Origin: Glycera tridactyla | Taxonomy: Eukaryota | Direction: 5' to 3' | Assembly: GCA_965644265.1 (NCBI GenBank) | Contig: OZ286476.1 | Coordinates: 78,554,001 to 78,618,000 of the forward strand | Length of the DNA stretch: 64,000 bases | Part shown: positions 14,101-27,560 of the stretch, in pieces | Position numbering within the stretch: the stretch's first letter is position 1 | Layout of the letters: every line of letters starts with the position of its first letter | Position numbers and translations under genes: made by a program | Notes under the pieces: model-generated | Told to the model about the DNA's origin: nothing | Seen by the model: the letters and a program-made list of their open reading frames with translations, nothing else | Database searches by the model: none

Positions 14101-14547
14101 GGTTATATCATGAGGTTATATATAACAGGATAGGGTGGTGAGGCTATATCTAATAGGATGGGGTAGTTGTGGGACATCATTAGGCTATATATAAGAGGAT
14201 TGGATGGTTGTGGGATATCATGAGGCTATATATAACAGGATGGGGTTGTTGTGACATATCATGAGGCTATATATAACAGGATGGGTCGGTCGTGGGTTAT
14301 CATAGGTCAATATCATGCAACATGGCAGGCTATCACAGGGCTGTCATTGTGGGATCAGAAGAATCCACTCAGAAACTTGTTGGCGGTTAGTTGAATAATT
14401 AGAAAGCCACATACTGTATCAGTGAACATTTGACCTCATCGAGCCTATGATAGAAGATTACATTTCATCACACCCAAATCTCTCATAGACCATGGGATAG
14501 TCACTTTGTCATCGTCCCGGCCTTCATCAGTGTGAATGTGTCTGACT

Positions 14548-16260
14548 CTATATGTCAGATGACAATGATAAAAACAGATGGAGACTGGATGTGCCTAACA
14601 CTCTGTATAAGGTGACTATGATGGGAACATATGGAGTTGGTGTGGGCCAGACTCTCTTTATTGGATGACTATGATGAAAACCGATGGAGATGATGTGGAT
14701 CTGGCTCTCTGTATTGAATGATTATGAGAAAAACATATGGGGATGATGTGGGTTAGGCTCTTTGTATTGAATGACTTTGATAAAAACAGATGGGGATGAT
14801 GTGGGTTAGGCTCTCTGTATTGAATGACTATGATGAAAACATATGGGGATGATGTGGGTTAGGCTCTCTGTATTGAATGACTATGATGAAAACATATGGG
14901 GATGATGCGGGTTAGGCTCTCTGTATTGAATGACTATGATGAAAACATATGGAGATGATGTGGGTTAGGCTCTCTGTATTGAATGACTATGATGAAAACA
15001 TATGGGGATGATGTGGGTTAGGCTCTCTGTATTGAATGACTATGATGAAAACATATGGGGATGATGTGGGTTAGGCTCTTTGTATTGAATGACTTTGATA
15101 AGAACAGATGGGGATGATGTAGGTCTGGCTCTCTGTATTGAATGGCTATGATAAAAACAGATGGAAATTATGTGGATCTGGCTCTTTGTATTGAATGACT
15201 ATGATGAAAACAGATGGAGATGGTGTAGGTCTGGCTCTCGGTATTGAATGACGATGATGAGAGCAGACAGAGATGGTGCGGACCCGGCTCTCTGTATCAA
15301 ATGACTATGATAAAAACAGATTGAGATGATGTAGGTCTGGCTCTCTGTACTAAATGACTGTGATGAATACAGATGGAGATGATGTAGGTCTGGCTCTCTG
15401 TATTAAATGACTATGATGAAAACAGTTGTAGATGGTGCGGACCAGACTCTCTGTATTGGATGACTATGACAAAAACAGATGAAGATGGTGTAGGTCTGGC
15501 TCTCTGTATTGGATGACTATGATAAAAACAGATGGGGATGATGCAGGTCTGGCTCTCTGTATTGAATGACTTTGATGAAAACAGATTGAGATGGTGCGGA
15601 CCTGTCTCTCTTCATTAAATGACTATGATGAAAACAGATGGGGATGATGTAGGTCTGGCTCTCTGTATTGGATGACTATGATGAAAACAGATGGGGATGA
15701 TGTAGGTCTGGCTCTCTGTATTGAATGACTATGATGAAAACAGATGGGGATGATGTAGGTCTGGCTCTCTGTATTGGATGACTATGATGAAAACAGATGG
15801 GGATCATGTAGGTCTGGCTCTATCAATTGGATGACTATGATAAAATCAGATGGAGACGATGTAGGTCTGGCTCTCTGTATTGGATGACTATGATGAAAAC
15901 AGATGGGGATGATGTAGGTCTGGCTCTATGAATTGGATGACTATGATAAAATCAGATCTAGACGATGTAGGTCTGGCTCTCTGTATTGGATGACTATGAT
16001 GAAAACAGATGGGGATGATGTAGTTCTGGCTCTATGTATTGGATGACTATGATAAAAACAGATGGGGATGATGTAGGTCTGGCTCTCTCTCTTGAATGAC
16101 TTTGATGAAAACAGATTGAGATGGTGCGGACCTGGCTCTCTGTATCAAATTACTATGATGAAAGCAGATGGAGATGCTGTAGGTCTGGCTCTGGAGATGG
16201 GTTGGGGCTGGGTCTCTGTATCACATAACTCTGATGGAAAAAGATGGGTATGACTTTCTG
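14548..16260. repeat. 53-bp tandem array, about 32 units
   Basis: Unit gatgactatgatgaaaacagatggggatgatgtaggtctggctctctgtattg. Confidence 0.9.
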
Positions 16261-17083
16261 TATCACTTGACTATGTTGGGAACATAAGGAGACGCTGTGA
16301 ACCTAGTTCCCCGTATTAAATGACTATGATGACTACATGTGGAGCTGGTTTGGCCTGCCTCATCCTCATGATGCAGATCTGGAATCATTCTGTCGCGCCT
16401 AGGACACTCTGAAATGAGGTCTGGCTGTCCAGTATAGAGGCACATCACCACATCAACCTCCCCTGCCAACAGAGACCTCATGGTTTTCTGCTATACTATC
16501 ACCGTGGCATACTTCACCACCACTCAGACCCATCAGTCGGACCCACGACCAGCACCACACAACGGTAGCAGCAGGTAGGTCCTTCATAGGAGAAGGCTTT
16601 TGTTCAATCTGCTTTTTTCATTAGATGTCACGTGTTGTTGTCACGATGCTGATATATTTTACGTTCGTTACCGAATGCCACATAGATCTATTCACCTATT
16701 TTTGCCAACAGTTGCTGTTATCCGCCATGTTGTTGAATACTATTTTGCATTTATAATTCATTTGCTCAACACTGACTGACTTGTGTACGGAAACCTTGTG
16801 CACATTTTTAAGAAGATTATATATGTGCATATCTGAGTTTTGACGTGGAGATGATCCAGTATTATGGTAATATATAATATTTAATATGAATGTCTAATAT
16901 ATGTTGGTTGATGTATGGTCGACAATAAAAGCTGGTTCAGCGTGCGCCATCAACGCAGAGTTTGTCTCTTTGTCTGCTAGTATCTGGAATGGGAATCATG
17001 TATAGCTAAGATGAATGGGTGGGTGAAAGGATGGATGGATGGATGGATAGATAGATGGATAGATGGATAGGTTGGTAGATTGG

Positions 17084-17249
17084 NNNNNNNNNNNNNNNNN
17101 NNNNNNNNNNNNNNNNNNNNNNNNNNNNNNNNNNNNNNNNNNNNNNNNNNNNNNNNNNNNNNNNNNNNNNNNNNNNNNNNNNNNNNNNNNNNNNNNNNNN
17201 NNNNNNNNNNNNNNNNNNNNNNNNNNNNNNNNNNNNNNNNNNNNNNNNN
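17084..17249. other. Assembly gap within a (GGAT)n tract
   Basis: N-run. Confidence 0.98.
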
Positions 17250-17589
17250 GATGGGCGGATAGATGGATGGATGGTTGGATGGGTAGTGGGTGGATGAATG
17301 GATGGACGGATACATGGATGCCCGCATGGATGAATGAATAAATGCATGGATGGCTGGATGGACAGATGGATGGATGTTCGGATAGTTGTAATAGTCTTTG
17401 CTGCCGTCGTTCATTTGCCATCCCCAATTCATTTGCAGTCATTTTATATTGTCGATCGTTTCTGTGATGGTTGGATCACTTCGTCATCTACACAGGAAGA
17501 AGTTACATGGTTACCATAGAAACGAGCCAATGTGAAGTCACAATATCAATCCATAACATCTACAAATCAAATGAGATATGGACGGCCAA

Positions 17590-20410
17590 TTTTATTCAGT
17601 TGTGCATGATATGAGCTAATATAAGCATACAAGATTGGTGTGGATGCAGCCTGAACCTCTGGATAGCAGTTGCCTATCTCTGGTGGTGCGAGTGTATTCT
17701 AAATATTAGAGCATCGCTGCTGGTTCCTGGTGATATGAGCTGATATAAGCATACTAGATTGGTGTGGGTGCAGGCTGAACCTCTGAGGCATTTGTCTAGC
17801 TCTGGTTGTGGGAGTATATTCTAAATATTAGAACATCGCTGCTGGATCCTGGTGATATGAGCTGATATAAGCATACTAGATTGGTGTCGGTGCAGGCTGA
17901 ACCTCTGAATAGCATTTGCCTATCTCTGGTGGTGCAAGTATATTCTAGATATTAGAACATCGCTGCTGGATCCTGGTGATATGAGCTGACATAAGCATAC
18001 TAGATTGGTGTGGGTGCAGCCTAAACCTCTGAATAGCATTTGCCTATCTCTGGTGGTGCGAGTATATTCTAGATATTAGAACATCGCTGCTGGTTCCTGG
18101 TGATATGAGCTGATATAAGCATACTAGATTGGTGTGGGTGCAGCCTGAACCTCTGAATAGCATTTGCCTATCTCTGGTGGTGCGAGTATATTCTAGATAT
18201 TAGAACATCGCTGCTGGTTCCTGGTGATATGAGCTAATATAAGCATACTAGATTGGTGTCGGTGCAGGCTGAACCTCTGAATAGCATTTGCCTATCTCTG
18301 GTGGTGCGAGTGTATTCTAGATATTAGAACATCACTGCTGGTTCCTGGTGATATGAGCTGATATAAGCATACTAGATTGGTGTGGGTGCAGCCTGAACCT
18401 CTGAATAGCATTTGCCTATCTCTGGTGGTGCGAGTGTATTCTAGATATTAGAACATCGCTGCTGGATCCCGGTGATATGAGCTGATATAAGCATACCAGA
18501 TTGGTGTGGGTGCAGCTGGAACCTCTGAATAGCAGTTGCCTATCTCTAGTGGTGCGAGTATATTCTAGATATCAGAACATCGCTGCTGGAATCTGGTGAT
18601 ATGAGCTGATATAAGCATACTAGATTGGTGTGGGTGCAGCCTGAACCTCTGAATAGCATTTGCCTATCTCTGGTGGTGCGAGTGTATTCTAGATATTAGA
18701 ACATCGCTGCTGGTTCCTGGTGATATAAGCTAATATAAGCATACAAGATTGGTGTGGGTGCAGCCTAAACCTCTGAATAGCATTTGCCTATCTCTGATGG
18801 TGCGACTATATATTAGATATTAGAACATCGCTGCTGGAATCTGGTGATATGAGCTGATATAAGCATACTAGATTGGTGTCGGTGCAGGCTGAACCTCTGA
18901 ATAGCATTTGCCTATCTCTGGTGGTGCGAGTGTATTCTAGATATTAGAACATCGCTGCTGGTTCCTGGTGATATAAGCTAATATAAGCATACAGGATTGG
19001 TGTGGGTGCAGCCTAAACCTCTGAATAGCATTTGCCTACCTCTGGTGGTGCGACTATATATTAGATATTAGAACATCGCTGCTTGATCCTGGTGATATGA
19101 GCTGATATAAGCATACCAGATTGGTGTGGGTGCAGCCTGAACCTCTGAATAGCATTTGCCTATCTCTGGTGGTGCGAGTGTATTCTAGATATTAGAACAT
19201 CGCTGCTGGTTCCTGGTGATATAAGCTAATATAAGCATACAGGATTGGTGTGGGTGCAGCCTAAACCTCTGAATAGCATTTGCCTATCTCTGGTGGTGCG
19301 ACTATATATTAGATATTAGAACATCGCTGCTGGATCCTGGTGATATCAGCTGATATAAGCATACTAGATTGGTGTGGGTGCAGCCTAAACCTCTGAATAG
19401 CATTTGCCTATCTCTGGTGGTGCGACTATATATTAGATATTAGAACATCGCTGCTGGATCCTGGTGATATCAGCTGATATAAGCATACCAGATTGGTGTG
19501 GGTGCAGCCTGAACCTCTGAATAGCATTTGCCTATCTCTGGTGGTACGAGTATATTCTAGATATTAGAACATCGCTGCTGGATCCCGGTGATATGAGCTG
19601 ATATAAGCATACTAGATTGGTGTGGGTGCAGCCTGAACCTCTGAATAGCATTTGCCTATCTCTGGTGGTACGAGTATATTCTAGATATTAGAACATCGCT
19701 GCTGGATCCCGGTGATATGAGCTGATATAAGCATACCAGATTGGTGTGGGTGCAGCTGGAACCTCTGAATAGCATTTGCCTATCTCTGGTGGTGCGAGTA
19801 TATTCTAGATATTAGAACATCGCTGCTGGATCCCGGTGATATGAGCTAATATAAGCATACTAGATTGGTGTCGGTGCAGGCTGAACCTCTGAATAGCATT
19901 TGCCTATCTCTGGTGGTACGAGTATATTCTAGATATTAGAACATCGCTGCTGGATCCCGGTGATATGAGCTAATATAAGCATACTAGATTGGTGTGGGTG
20001 CAGCCTGAACCTCTGAATAGCATTTGCCTATCTCTGGTGGTACGAGTATATTCTAGATATTAGAACATCGCTGCTGGATCCCGGTGATATGAGCTAATAT
20101 AAGCATACTAGATTGGTGTGGGTGCAGCCTGAACCTCTGAATAGCATTTGCCTATCTCTTGTGGTGCGAGTATATTCTAGATATTAGAACATCGCTGCTG
20201 GACCCTGGTGATATGAGCTGATATAAGCATACTAGATTGGTGTGGGTGCAGCCTGAACCTCTGAATAGCATTTGCCTATCTCTGGTGGTACGAGTATATT
20301 CTAGATATTAGAACATCGCTGCTGGATCCCGGTGATATGAGCTGATATAAGCATACTAGATTGGTGTCGGTGCAGCCTGAACCTCTGAATAGCATTTGCC
20401 TATCTCTGGT
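17590..20410. repeat. About 124-bp tandem array, about 23 units
   Basis: Period measured at 19561/19685/19809/19933. Confidence 0.92.
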
Positions 20411-20789
20411 TTTGTTCAGATGCATACTGCTGCAGATTGAAAAGCTATCACAGTGATTTCTCAGTGAATCAAAGAGTCAAACAGCTGGTTGGTTCTGCAC
20501 TTCATCAGACTGAATCTGATGAGCAGAATGACTTACCGAGTTGGATCAATCATATTGACTGCAGAAAGCACTTCTGAAACACATCAACACCGATTCGAAT
20601 GAGAGTGATAAAAACAGGAAGTGGAAGTCAACTTACTGCAAGTGCCACATTGTGTCGATACAGTGAACTGGTTCTGCACTAGCAATAGCCCAAGGCCCCC
20701 CCCCCCCCCCGGTTGCCGTGAGAGAGTGGATCGGCCATCGCAAGTGGCCCATCGTCCAAGTGGCATCTAGTATACATCAGTTGTCTAGA

Positions 20790-21930
20790 CATTCTACAAT
20801 ATCGACTTCTCTTCACATGTCCATAAATTCTAGAGATTGCCTATTGGTGGCCATGTGTCAACTATTCATCACATGTCTATACATTCTAGTGACTGCCTAT
20901 TGGTGGCCATGTATCAACTATTCATTACATGTCTATACATTATAGTGACTGCCTATTAGTGGCCATGTATCAACTATTCATTACATGTCTATACATTCTA
21001 GTGACTGCCTATTGGTGGCCATGTATCAACTAAACATTACTCATATATACATTCTAATGAAAGCCTATTGGTGGCCGAATGTCAACCATTCATCACTTGT
21101 CTATACATTCTAGTGACTGCCCATTGATGGCCATATCTCAACAATTCATTACTTGTCTATATTCATTACTTGTCTATACGTCCTAGAGACCGCCCATTGG
21201 TGGCCATATATCGACAATTCATAACTTGTCTATACATTCAAGAGACTGCCTATTGGTGGCCGAATGTCAACTATACAGTACTGGTCCATATATATTAGAG
21301 ACTGCCTATTGGTGGCAAAATGTCAACTATACATCACTCGCCATATAGTAGAGACAGCCTATTGGTGGCCAAATGTCAACTATTCATTACTTGTTCATTG
21401 ATATTAAAGACTGTCCACTGGTGGTCAAATGTCAATATTTCCTTACTTGTCCATAGATATTATAGATTGCCGATTGGTGGCCAAATGTAGACTATACATA
21501 ACTTTTTCAAATATATCAGAGACTGCCTACTGGTGGCAAAATGTCAACTATTCATTACTTATTCATGGATATAAGAATCTGCCCACTGGTGGCCAAATGT
21601 CAACTTTTCATTACTTGTGAATATATATCAGAGAATGTCCACTGGTGGCCAAATGTCAACTTTTCATTACTTGTTCATATATTTTAGAGAATGTCCACTG
21701 GTGGCTAAATGTCAACTTTTCATTACTTGTTCATATATTTTAGAGAATGTCCACTGGTGGCCAATGTCAACTTTTCATTATTTGATCATATATATTAGAG
21801 AATGTCCACTGGTGGCCAAATGTCAACTTTTCATTACTTGTTCATATATATTAGACACAGCCTTTTGGTTGCCAAATGTAGACTATTCATAACTTGTCCA
21901 TGGATATTAGAGACTGCCTACTGGTGACCA
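20790..21930. repeat. About 56-bp diverged tandem array
   Basis: Core gactgcctattggtggcc..tcaactattcattac. Confidence 0.85.
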
Positions 21931-21999
21931 AATGTCAACTAGTCACCGGCTGTGTGTATGGACATTCTCGAGACCATCACCATTGTGGTGGCAATGTAT

Positions 22000-23955
22000 C
22001 TACTAAAGTCCTGCAACACTTGCGATGTTTTTCTTGTTTCTTCTGGTTGATTTGGCGGCCTGAATGAGAACACGTGTATTTCCAGGGTCATGTATTGATT
22101 GGAGTCTAGCCACACTTCCAATGTTTTTCTTGTTTCTTCTCGTTGATTTGGCGGCGCAGATGAGAGCATGTGTGTTCTCCAGGGCATGCATTGACTAGAG
22201 TCTAGCCACACTTTCAATGTTTTTGTCGCCCGCCCTGGAGGCGGGCGACTATATAATACGGGGTTGAGTGTGGCCGATGGGCGCTGCCATTATGCATGGA
22301 GCGGGAGGCAGCGGTGGGCTGCACCAGTGCAGTCCCTCTGGGTCTATTAGCACAGGCAGGCTGCAGCCTGAATGATTGAGGCCAGAAGGCAGTAGGACTA
22401 TCCTCTGAGATAGATATCAAGGTGGAGCATTCTTACTGACTCTTCTGAATGGAGTAAACTAGGCTGAGATGCCAAGAAGAACTGAAGTACTGACTGACTG
22501 ACTGACTGACTGACTGACTGACTGACTGACTGAAGCAATGACTGACTGAAGCAATGACTGACTGGACTGACTGAAGCAATGACTGACTGAAGCAATGACT
22601 GACTGACTGACTGACTGACTAACTGACTGAAGGAATGACTGACTGGCAGAAGGACTGACTGTATTCAAGTAGGAATATATATCTTTCCGGGCGAATATGA
22701 TGCCTTGCATCATGTTGTTCTTGTTCTTGTTTTTCTGGTTGATTTGGCGGCGTGGATGAGAGCACGTGTGTTCTCCAGGGCATGTATTAACTAGACTCTA
22801 GCCACACTTTCTATGTTTTCCTTGTTTCTTCTGGTTGATTCGGCGGCGTGGATGAGAGCACGTGTGTATTCTCCAGGGCATGTATTAACTAGAGTCTAGC
22901 CACACTTTCAATGTTTTTCTCGTTTCTTCTGGTTGATTTGGCGGCGCGGATGAGAGCACATGTGTATTCTCCAGGGTCATGTATTGACTAGAGTCTACCC
23001 ACACTTTCTATGTTTTTCTTGTTTCTTCTGGTTGATTTGGCGGCGCGGATGAGAGCACATGTGTATTCTCCAGGGCATGTATTAACTAGAGTCTAGCCAC
23101 ACTTTCAATGTTTTTCTTGTTTCTTCTGGTTGATTTGGCGGCGCGGATGAGAGCACATGTGTATTCTCCAGGGGCATGTATTAACTAGAGTCTAGCCACA
23201 CTTTCAATGTTTTTCTTGTTTCTTCTGGTTGATTTGGCGGCGCGGATGAGAGCACGTGTGTATTCTCCAGGGTCATGTATCGACTAGAGTCTAGCCACAC
23301 TTTCAATGTTTTTCTCGTTTCTTCTGTTTGATTTGGCGGCGCGGATGAGAGCACGTGTGTATTCTCCAGGGGCATGTATTGACTAGAGTCTAGCCACACT
23401 TTCAATGTTTTTCTCGTTTCTTCTGGTTGATTTGGCGGCGCGGATGAGAGCACGTGTGTATTCTCCAGGGCATGTATTAACTAGAGTCTAGCCACACTTT
23501 CAATGTTTTCCTTGTTTCTTCTGGTTGATTTAGCGGCCCGGATGAGAGCACGTGTGTATTCTCCAGGGTCATGTATCGACTAGAGTCTAGCCACACTTTC
23601 AATGTTTTTCTCGTTTCTTCTGGTTGATTTGGCGGCGTGGATGAGAGCACGTGTGTTCTCCAGGGCATGTATTAACTAGAGTCTAGCCACACTTTCAATG
23701 TTTTCCTTGTTTCTTCTGGTTGATTTGGCGGCCCGGATGAGAGCACGTGTGTATTCTCCAGGGTCATGTATCGACTAGAGTCTAGCCACACTTTCAATGT
23801 TTTTCTCGTTTCTTCTGGTTGATTTGGCGGCGTGGATGAGAGCACGTGTGTTCTCCAGGGCATGTATTTACTAGAGTCTAGCCACACTTTCAATGTTTTT
23901 CTTGTTTTTTCTGGTTGATTTGGCGGCGCGGATGAGAGCACGTGTGTTCTCCAGG
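22000..23955 (-). repeat. Array of the chitin synthase stop-codon end (96-99-bp units, about 15 copies)
   Basis: Each unit is the last ~27 codons (LENTRALIRAAKST...VARL), the TAG and a few 3'UTR bases; interrupted by the element at 22222-22719. Confidence 0.9.
22222..22719 (+). mobile_element. Non-autonomous Helentron/DINE-1-like (HINE-type) element
   Basis: 5' hairpin gtcgcccgcc-ctgga-ggcgggcgac (22225-22249), internal (ACTG)n, 3' cgggcga (inverse of the 5' sub-terminal motif), terminal hairpin atgatgc-ctt-gcatcat, inserted in a T-run of an array unit. Confidence 0.7.
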
Positions 23956-24760
23956 TGTGACATGGCTGCCTCACGTGACTGTGCCCATTCCAGCTGCTGA
24001 TTGGAGCGTAGCCCTCTTGTGGACTTGGTGCTCACCATGCTGGGCGAGCGCATCAGTCTCTTGGATTTGTTGCTATTCGTGCTCACTTTCCTCCTGCTCT
24101 CTGCGCTCACTCGCCGATTCATGTTGCCATCCGTGCTGCGGGAGGCTGTCAGAGGCTTCTTGAAACTGGAGCCTTCTTTCTTGGAGCGCCAGAGACTCTC
24201 GCTGAGAGCGCGGGTACGTTTGAGAATATTAGACTGTGTATCGAGTGACTTCATCTCGTACTGGTTCTCTTCATCCTCCCGCTCCTGCTTGTTGTGCTCT
24301 CCTCCCTCCTCACTCTGGGCGGGATCACTCGACGACAAGTCCGACTCCGGGTCGAAGCCCGAGTCCAAGTCGAAGGCGAAGTCGGAGCGCAGAGCGTCGA
24401 GTTCATCCCGCAGTTGCGAGGCTTGGGTCAGTTTAGTCATCCGTTTATGGTAAGCAGCGTTGAGAGAAGTGGTTCGGTTCAACTTGGGTTTAGCCGCCGC
24501 CAACTTCTTGATGCTTTTATTGCGGTCGAATGTCTCGTACTCGTCGCCACTGTCATCGTCGTCGTCCTTCTTCTTCTCGCCACTCATCTTCCAGCCACTT
24601 TCTACATCATCATCATTATCGTCGTCGTCGTCGTCATCCGCCAGTTTTTGTAGGTTCTTGGCCAGGTCGATTGCGGCGTTGACATTCTCCTTGATTAGGT
24701 CCTGCTCGGAGATTTTCATGCATCCAGTCTGTGTGGTGGCCACAACATGCCATAACGTAC
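23871..24760 (-). CDS. CHS: Chitin synthase terminal exon T
   Basis: ttttccag|GT ACG gives HRL-GTLWHVVATT (conserved HRxGTxxH), followed by a long acidic/basic low-complexity tail; TAG at 23873-23871. Confidence 0.85.
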
Positions 24761-25740
24761 CTGGAAAACAAACACACCCACATACAGACAGCCACATATC
24801 AAAAAACTGTTCGGAGATTTTCATGCATCTAGTCTGTGTGGTGGCCACAACATGCCATAACGTACCTGGAAAACAAACACACCCACATACAGACAGCCAC
24901 ATATCAATAAACTGTTTGGAGATTTTCATGCATCCAGTCTGTGTGGTGGCCACAACGTGCCATAAAGTACCTGTGAAACAAACACACCCACATACAGACA
25001 GCCACATATCAAAAAACTGCTCGGAGATCTTCATGCATCCAGTCTGTGTGGTGGCCAAAACGTGCCATAAAGTACCTGTGAAACAAACACAACCACATAC
25101 AGACAGCCACATATATATGAACTGCTCGGAGATCTTCATACATCCCGTCTGTGGGTCGCCACAACGTGCCATGACGTACCTGGAAAACAAACACACCCAC
25201 ATACAGACAGACACATATCAATAAACTGCTCGGAGATCTTCATGCATCAAGTCTGTGTGGTGGCCACAACATGCCATAAAGTACCTGGAAAACAAACACA
25301 CCCACATACAGGCAGCCATATCTATAAACTGCTCGGAGATCTCCATACATTCCGTCAGTGTGGTGGCCACAACATGCCATAACGTACCTGGAAAACAAAC
25401 ACACCCCCATACAGACAGACATATATCAATAAACTGCTCGGAGATCTTCATGCATCCCGTCTGTGTGGTGGCCACAACATGCCATAAAGTACCTGAAAAA
25501 CAAACACACCCACATACAGACAGTCATATCTATAAACTGCTCGGAGATCTTCATGCATCCCGTCTGTGTGGTGGCCACAATGTGCCATAACGTACCTGGA
25601 AAACAAACACACCCACATACAGACAGTTATATCTATAAACTGCTCGGAGATCTTCATGCATCCCGTCTGTGTGGTGGCAACAACGTGCCATAACGTACCT
25701 GGAAAACAAACACACCCACATACAGACAGACAGCAGTCAC
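24700..25740 (-). repeat. Exon T acceptor array (103-105-bp units, 10 acceptors)
   Basis: Exon-start equivalents at 24760, 24865, 24970, 25075, 25179, 25284, 25387, 25492, 25595, 25698. Confidence 0.92.
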
Positions 25741-25789
25741 ATCAATAAATACACCTTCTGTTCGCTTCATCGCTGGTTTGACATGCGAA

Positions 25790-26400
25790 TACAAGGAGAG
25801 ATGAGGGTGTCCTGAGCAGAAGGTGTTGTAGAGAGTATTCTTAAAAGGGTGTCTTGAGCTGGAGGTCCTCAAGTGGTATCTTACAGAGTGTGTCCTAAGG
25901 GTCTGTAAAGTGTGCCCTAAAGAGGGTGTCCTGAGGTGGAGGTCCTCAAGTGGTATCCTACAGAGTGTGTCCTAAGGTTCTGTAAAGTGTGTCCTAAAGA
26001 GGGCGTCCTGAACTGGAGGTCCTCAAGTGGTATCTTACAGAGTGTGTCCCAAGGTTCTGTGAAGTGTGTTCTAAAGAGGGTGTTCTGAGCTAGAGGCCCT
26101 CAAGTGGTATCCTACAGAGTGTGTCTTAAGGTTCTGTAAAGTGTGTCTTGAAAAGGGTGTCCTGAGCTGGAGGTCCTCGAGTGGTATCCTACGTAGTGTG
26201 TCCTGAGGGTCTGTAAAGTGTGTCCTAGAGAGGGTGTCCTGAGCTGTAGGTCCTCAAGTGGTATCTTACAGAGTGTGTCCTAGGGTTCTGTAAAGTGTGT
26301 CCTAAAGAGGGTCTCCTGAGCTGGAGGTCCTCAAGTGGTATCTTACAGAGTGTGTCCTAAGGTTCTTTAAAGTGTGTCCCAAAGAGGGTGTCCTGAACGA
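25790..26400. repeat. 77-bp tandem array, about 8 units
   Basis: ggaggtcctcaagtgg recurs at 25861/25938/26015. Confidence 0.85.
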
Positions 26401-26499
26401 GCCAAATGTCCTGGAAAGCTGTCTTAAAAAATGTGACCTAAGGATCTGTAGAGTGAATCAGGAAGAAGCAGAAGCTACTGTGGAGAGTGTCATGAAGAG

Positions 26500-27560
26500 G
26501 GTGTCAAAAGCAGAAGGCTCTGTAGACAGTATCCTAAAGGGGGTTTTCTGAGCAAAAGGCTTTATGTAGAGTATCCTAAAGAGAGGTTTTCTGAGCAGAA
26601 GGCTCCGTAAAGAGTATCCTGAAGTGGGCTCTGTAAGCAGATGCGTCTGTAAAGAGTATTATAAAGAGCGTTTTCTAAGCAGAAGGCTCTGTAAAGAATG
26701 TATCCTAAAGAGGGTTTCCTAAGCAGAAGGCTCTGTAGAGAGTATCATAAAGAGGATTTTCTAAGCAAAAGACTCTGTGAAGAGTATCCTAAAGAGGGTG
26801 TTCTAAGCAGAAGGCTCTGTAGAGAGTATCATAGAGAGGGTTTTCTGAGCAGAAGGCTCTGGAAAGAGTATCCTGAAGGCATCTCATCAGCAACCTCATC
26901 CTATGGAAGCCGGCCCATGGGGTGGCCCGATGGAGTGGACAACGATGCACCTTAGTTGACCAAATAAGGAGAGACACAAGACTGAGATCTGCAGCTGGAA
27001 TCGAGTCATGCATGGAGGACCGCGAAATCTGGCATGCTATTATTGCCTGGGGAAACCCGACCTGATGATGATGATGATGATGATGATGATGGTGATGATC
27101 CTAGAGGGGGTTTGTACGCAGAAGGCTCTGTAAAGAGTATCCTAAAAGGGGTTTTCTAAGCAGAAGGCTCTGTAGAGAGTATCCTGAACAGGGTTTTCTG
27201 AGCAGAAGGCTCTGTAGAGAGTATCATAAAGAGAGTTTTCTTAGCAGAAGGCTCTGTAAATAGTATCATGAAAAGGGTTTTCTAAGCAGAAGGCTCTGTG
27301 AAGAGTATCATAAAGAGGGTTTCCTAAGCCGAAGACTCTGTAAAGAGTATCATAAAGAGGGTTTTCTAAGCAGAAGGCTCTGTGAAGAGTATCATGAAGA
27401 GGGCTTTCTAAGCAGAAGGCTCTGTAAAGAGTATCATAAAGAGGGTTTTCTAAGCAGAAGGCTCTTTGAAGAGTATCATAAAGAGGGTTTTCTAAGCAGA
27501 AGGCTCTGTAAAGAGTATCCTGAAGGAGGTAATTTTCTGAGCAGGTTTTTTTTAGAGAGT
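26500..27560. repeat. About 42-bp tandem array, related to the 77-bp unit
   Basis: Unit aaagagggttttctaagcagaaggctctgtaaagagtatcat. Confidence 0.85.
26875..27097 (+). mobile_element. 5'-truncated non-LTR retrotransposon 3' end (RTE-like)
   Basis: Open frame HLISNLILWKPAHG...LVDQIRRDTRL...MEDREIWHAII...* running into a (TGA)n tail; candidate target-site duplication atcct at 26870-26874 and 27098-27102. Confidence 0.7.

Noticed and set aside
14470-14620. Candidate exons on either strand at the left end of the 53-bp array
   Set aside because: Short open frames exist on both strands, but no recognisable domain and no phase-consistent partner exon.
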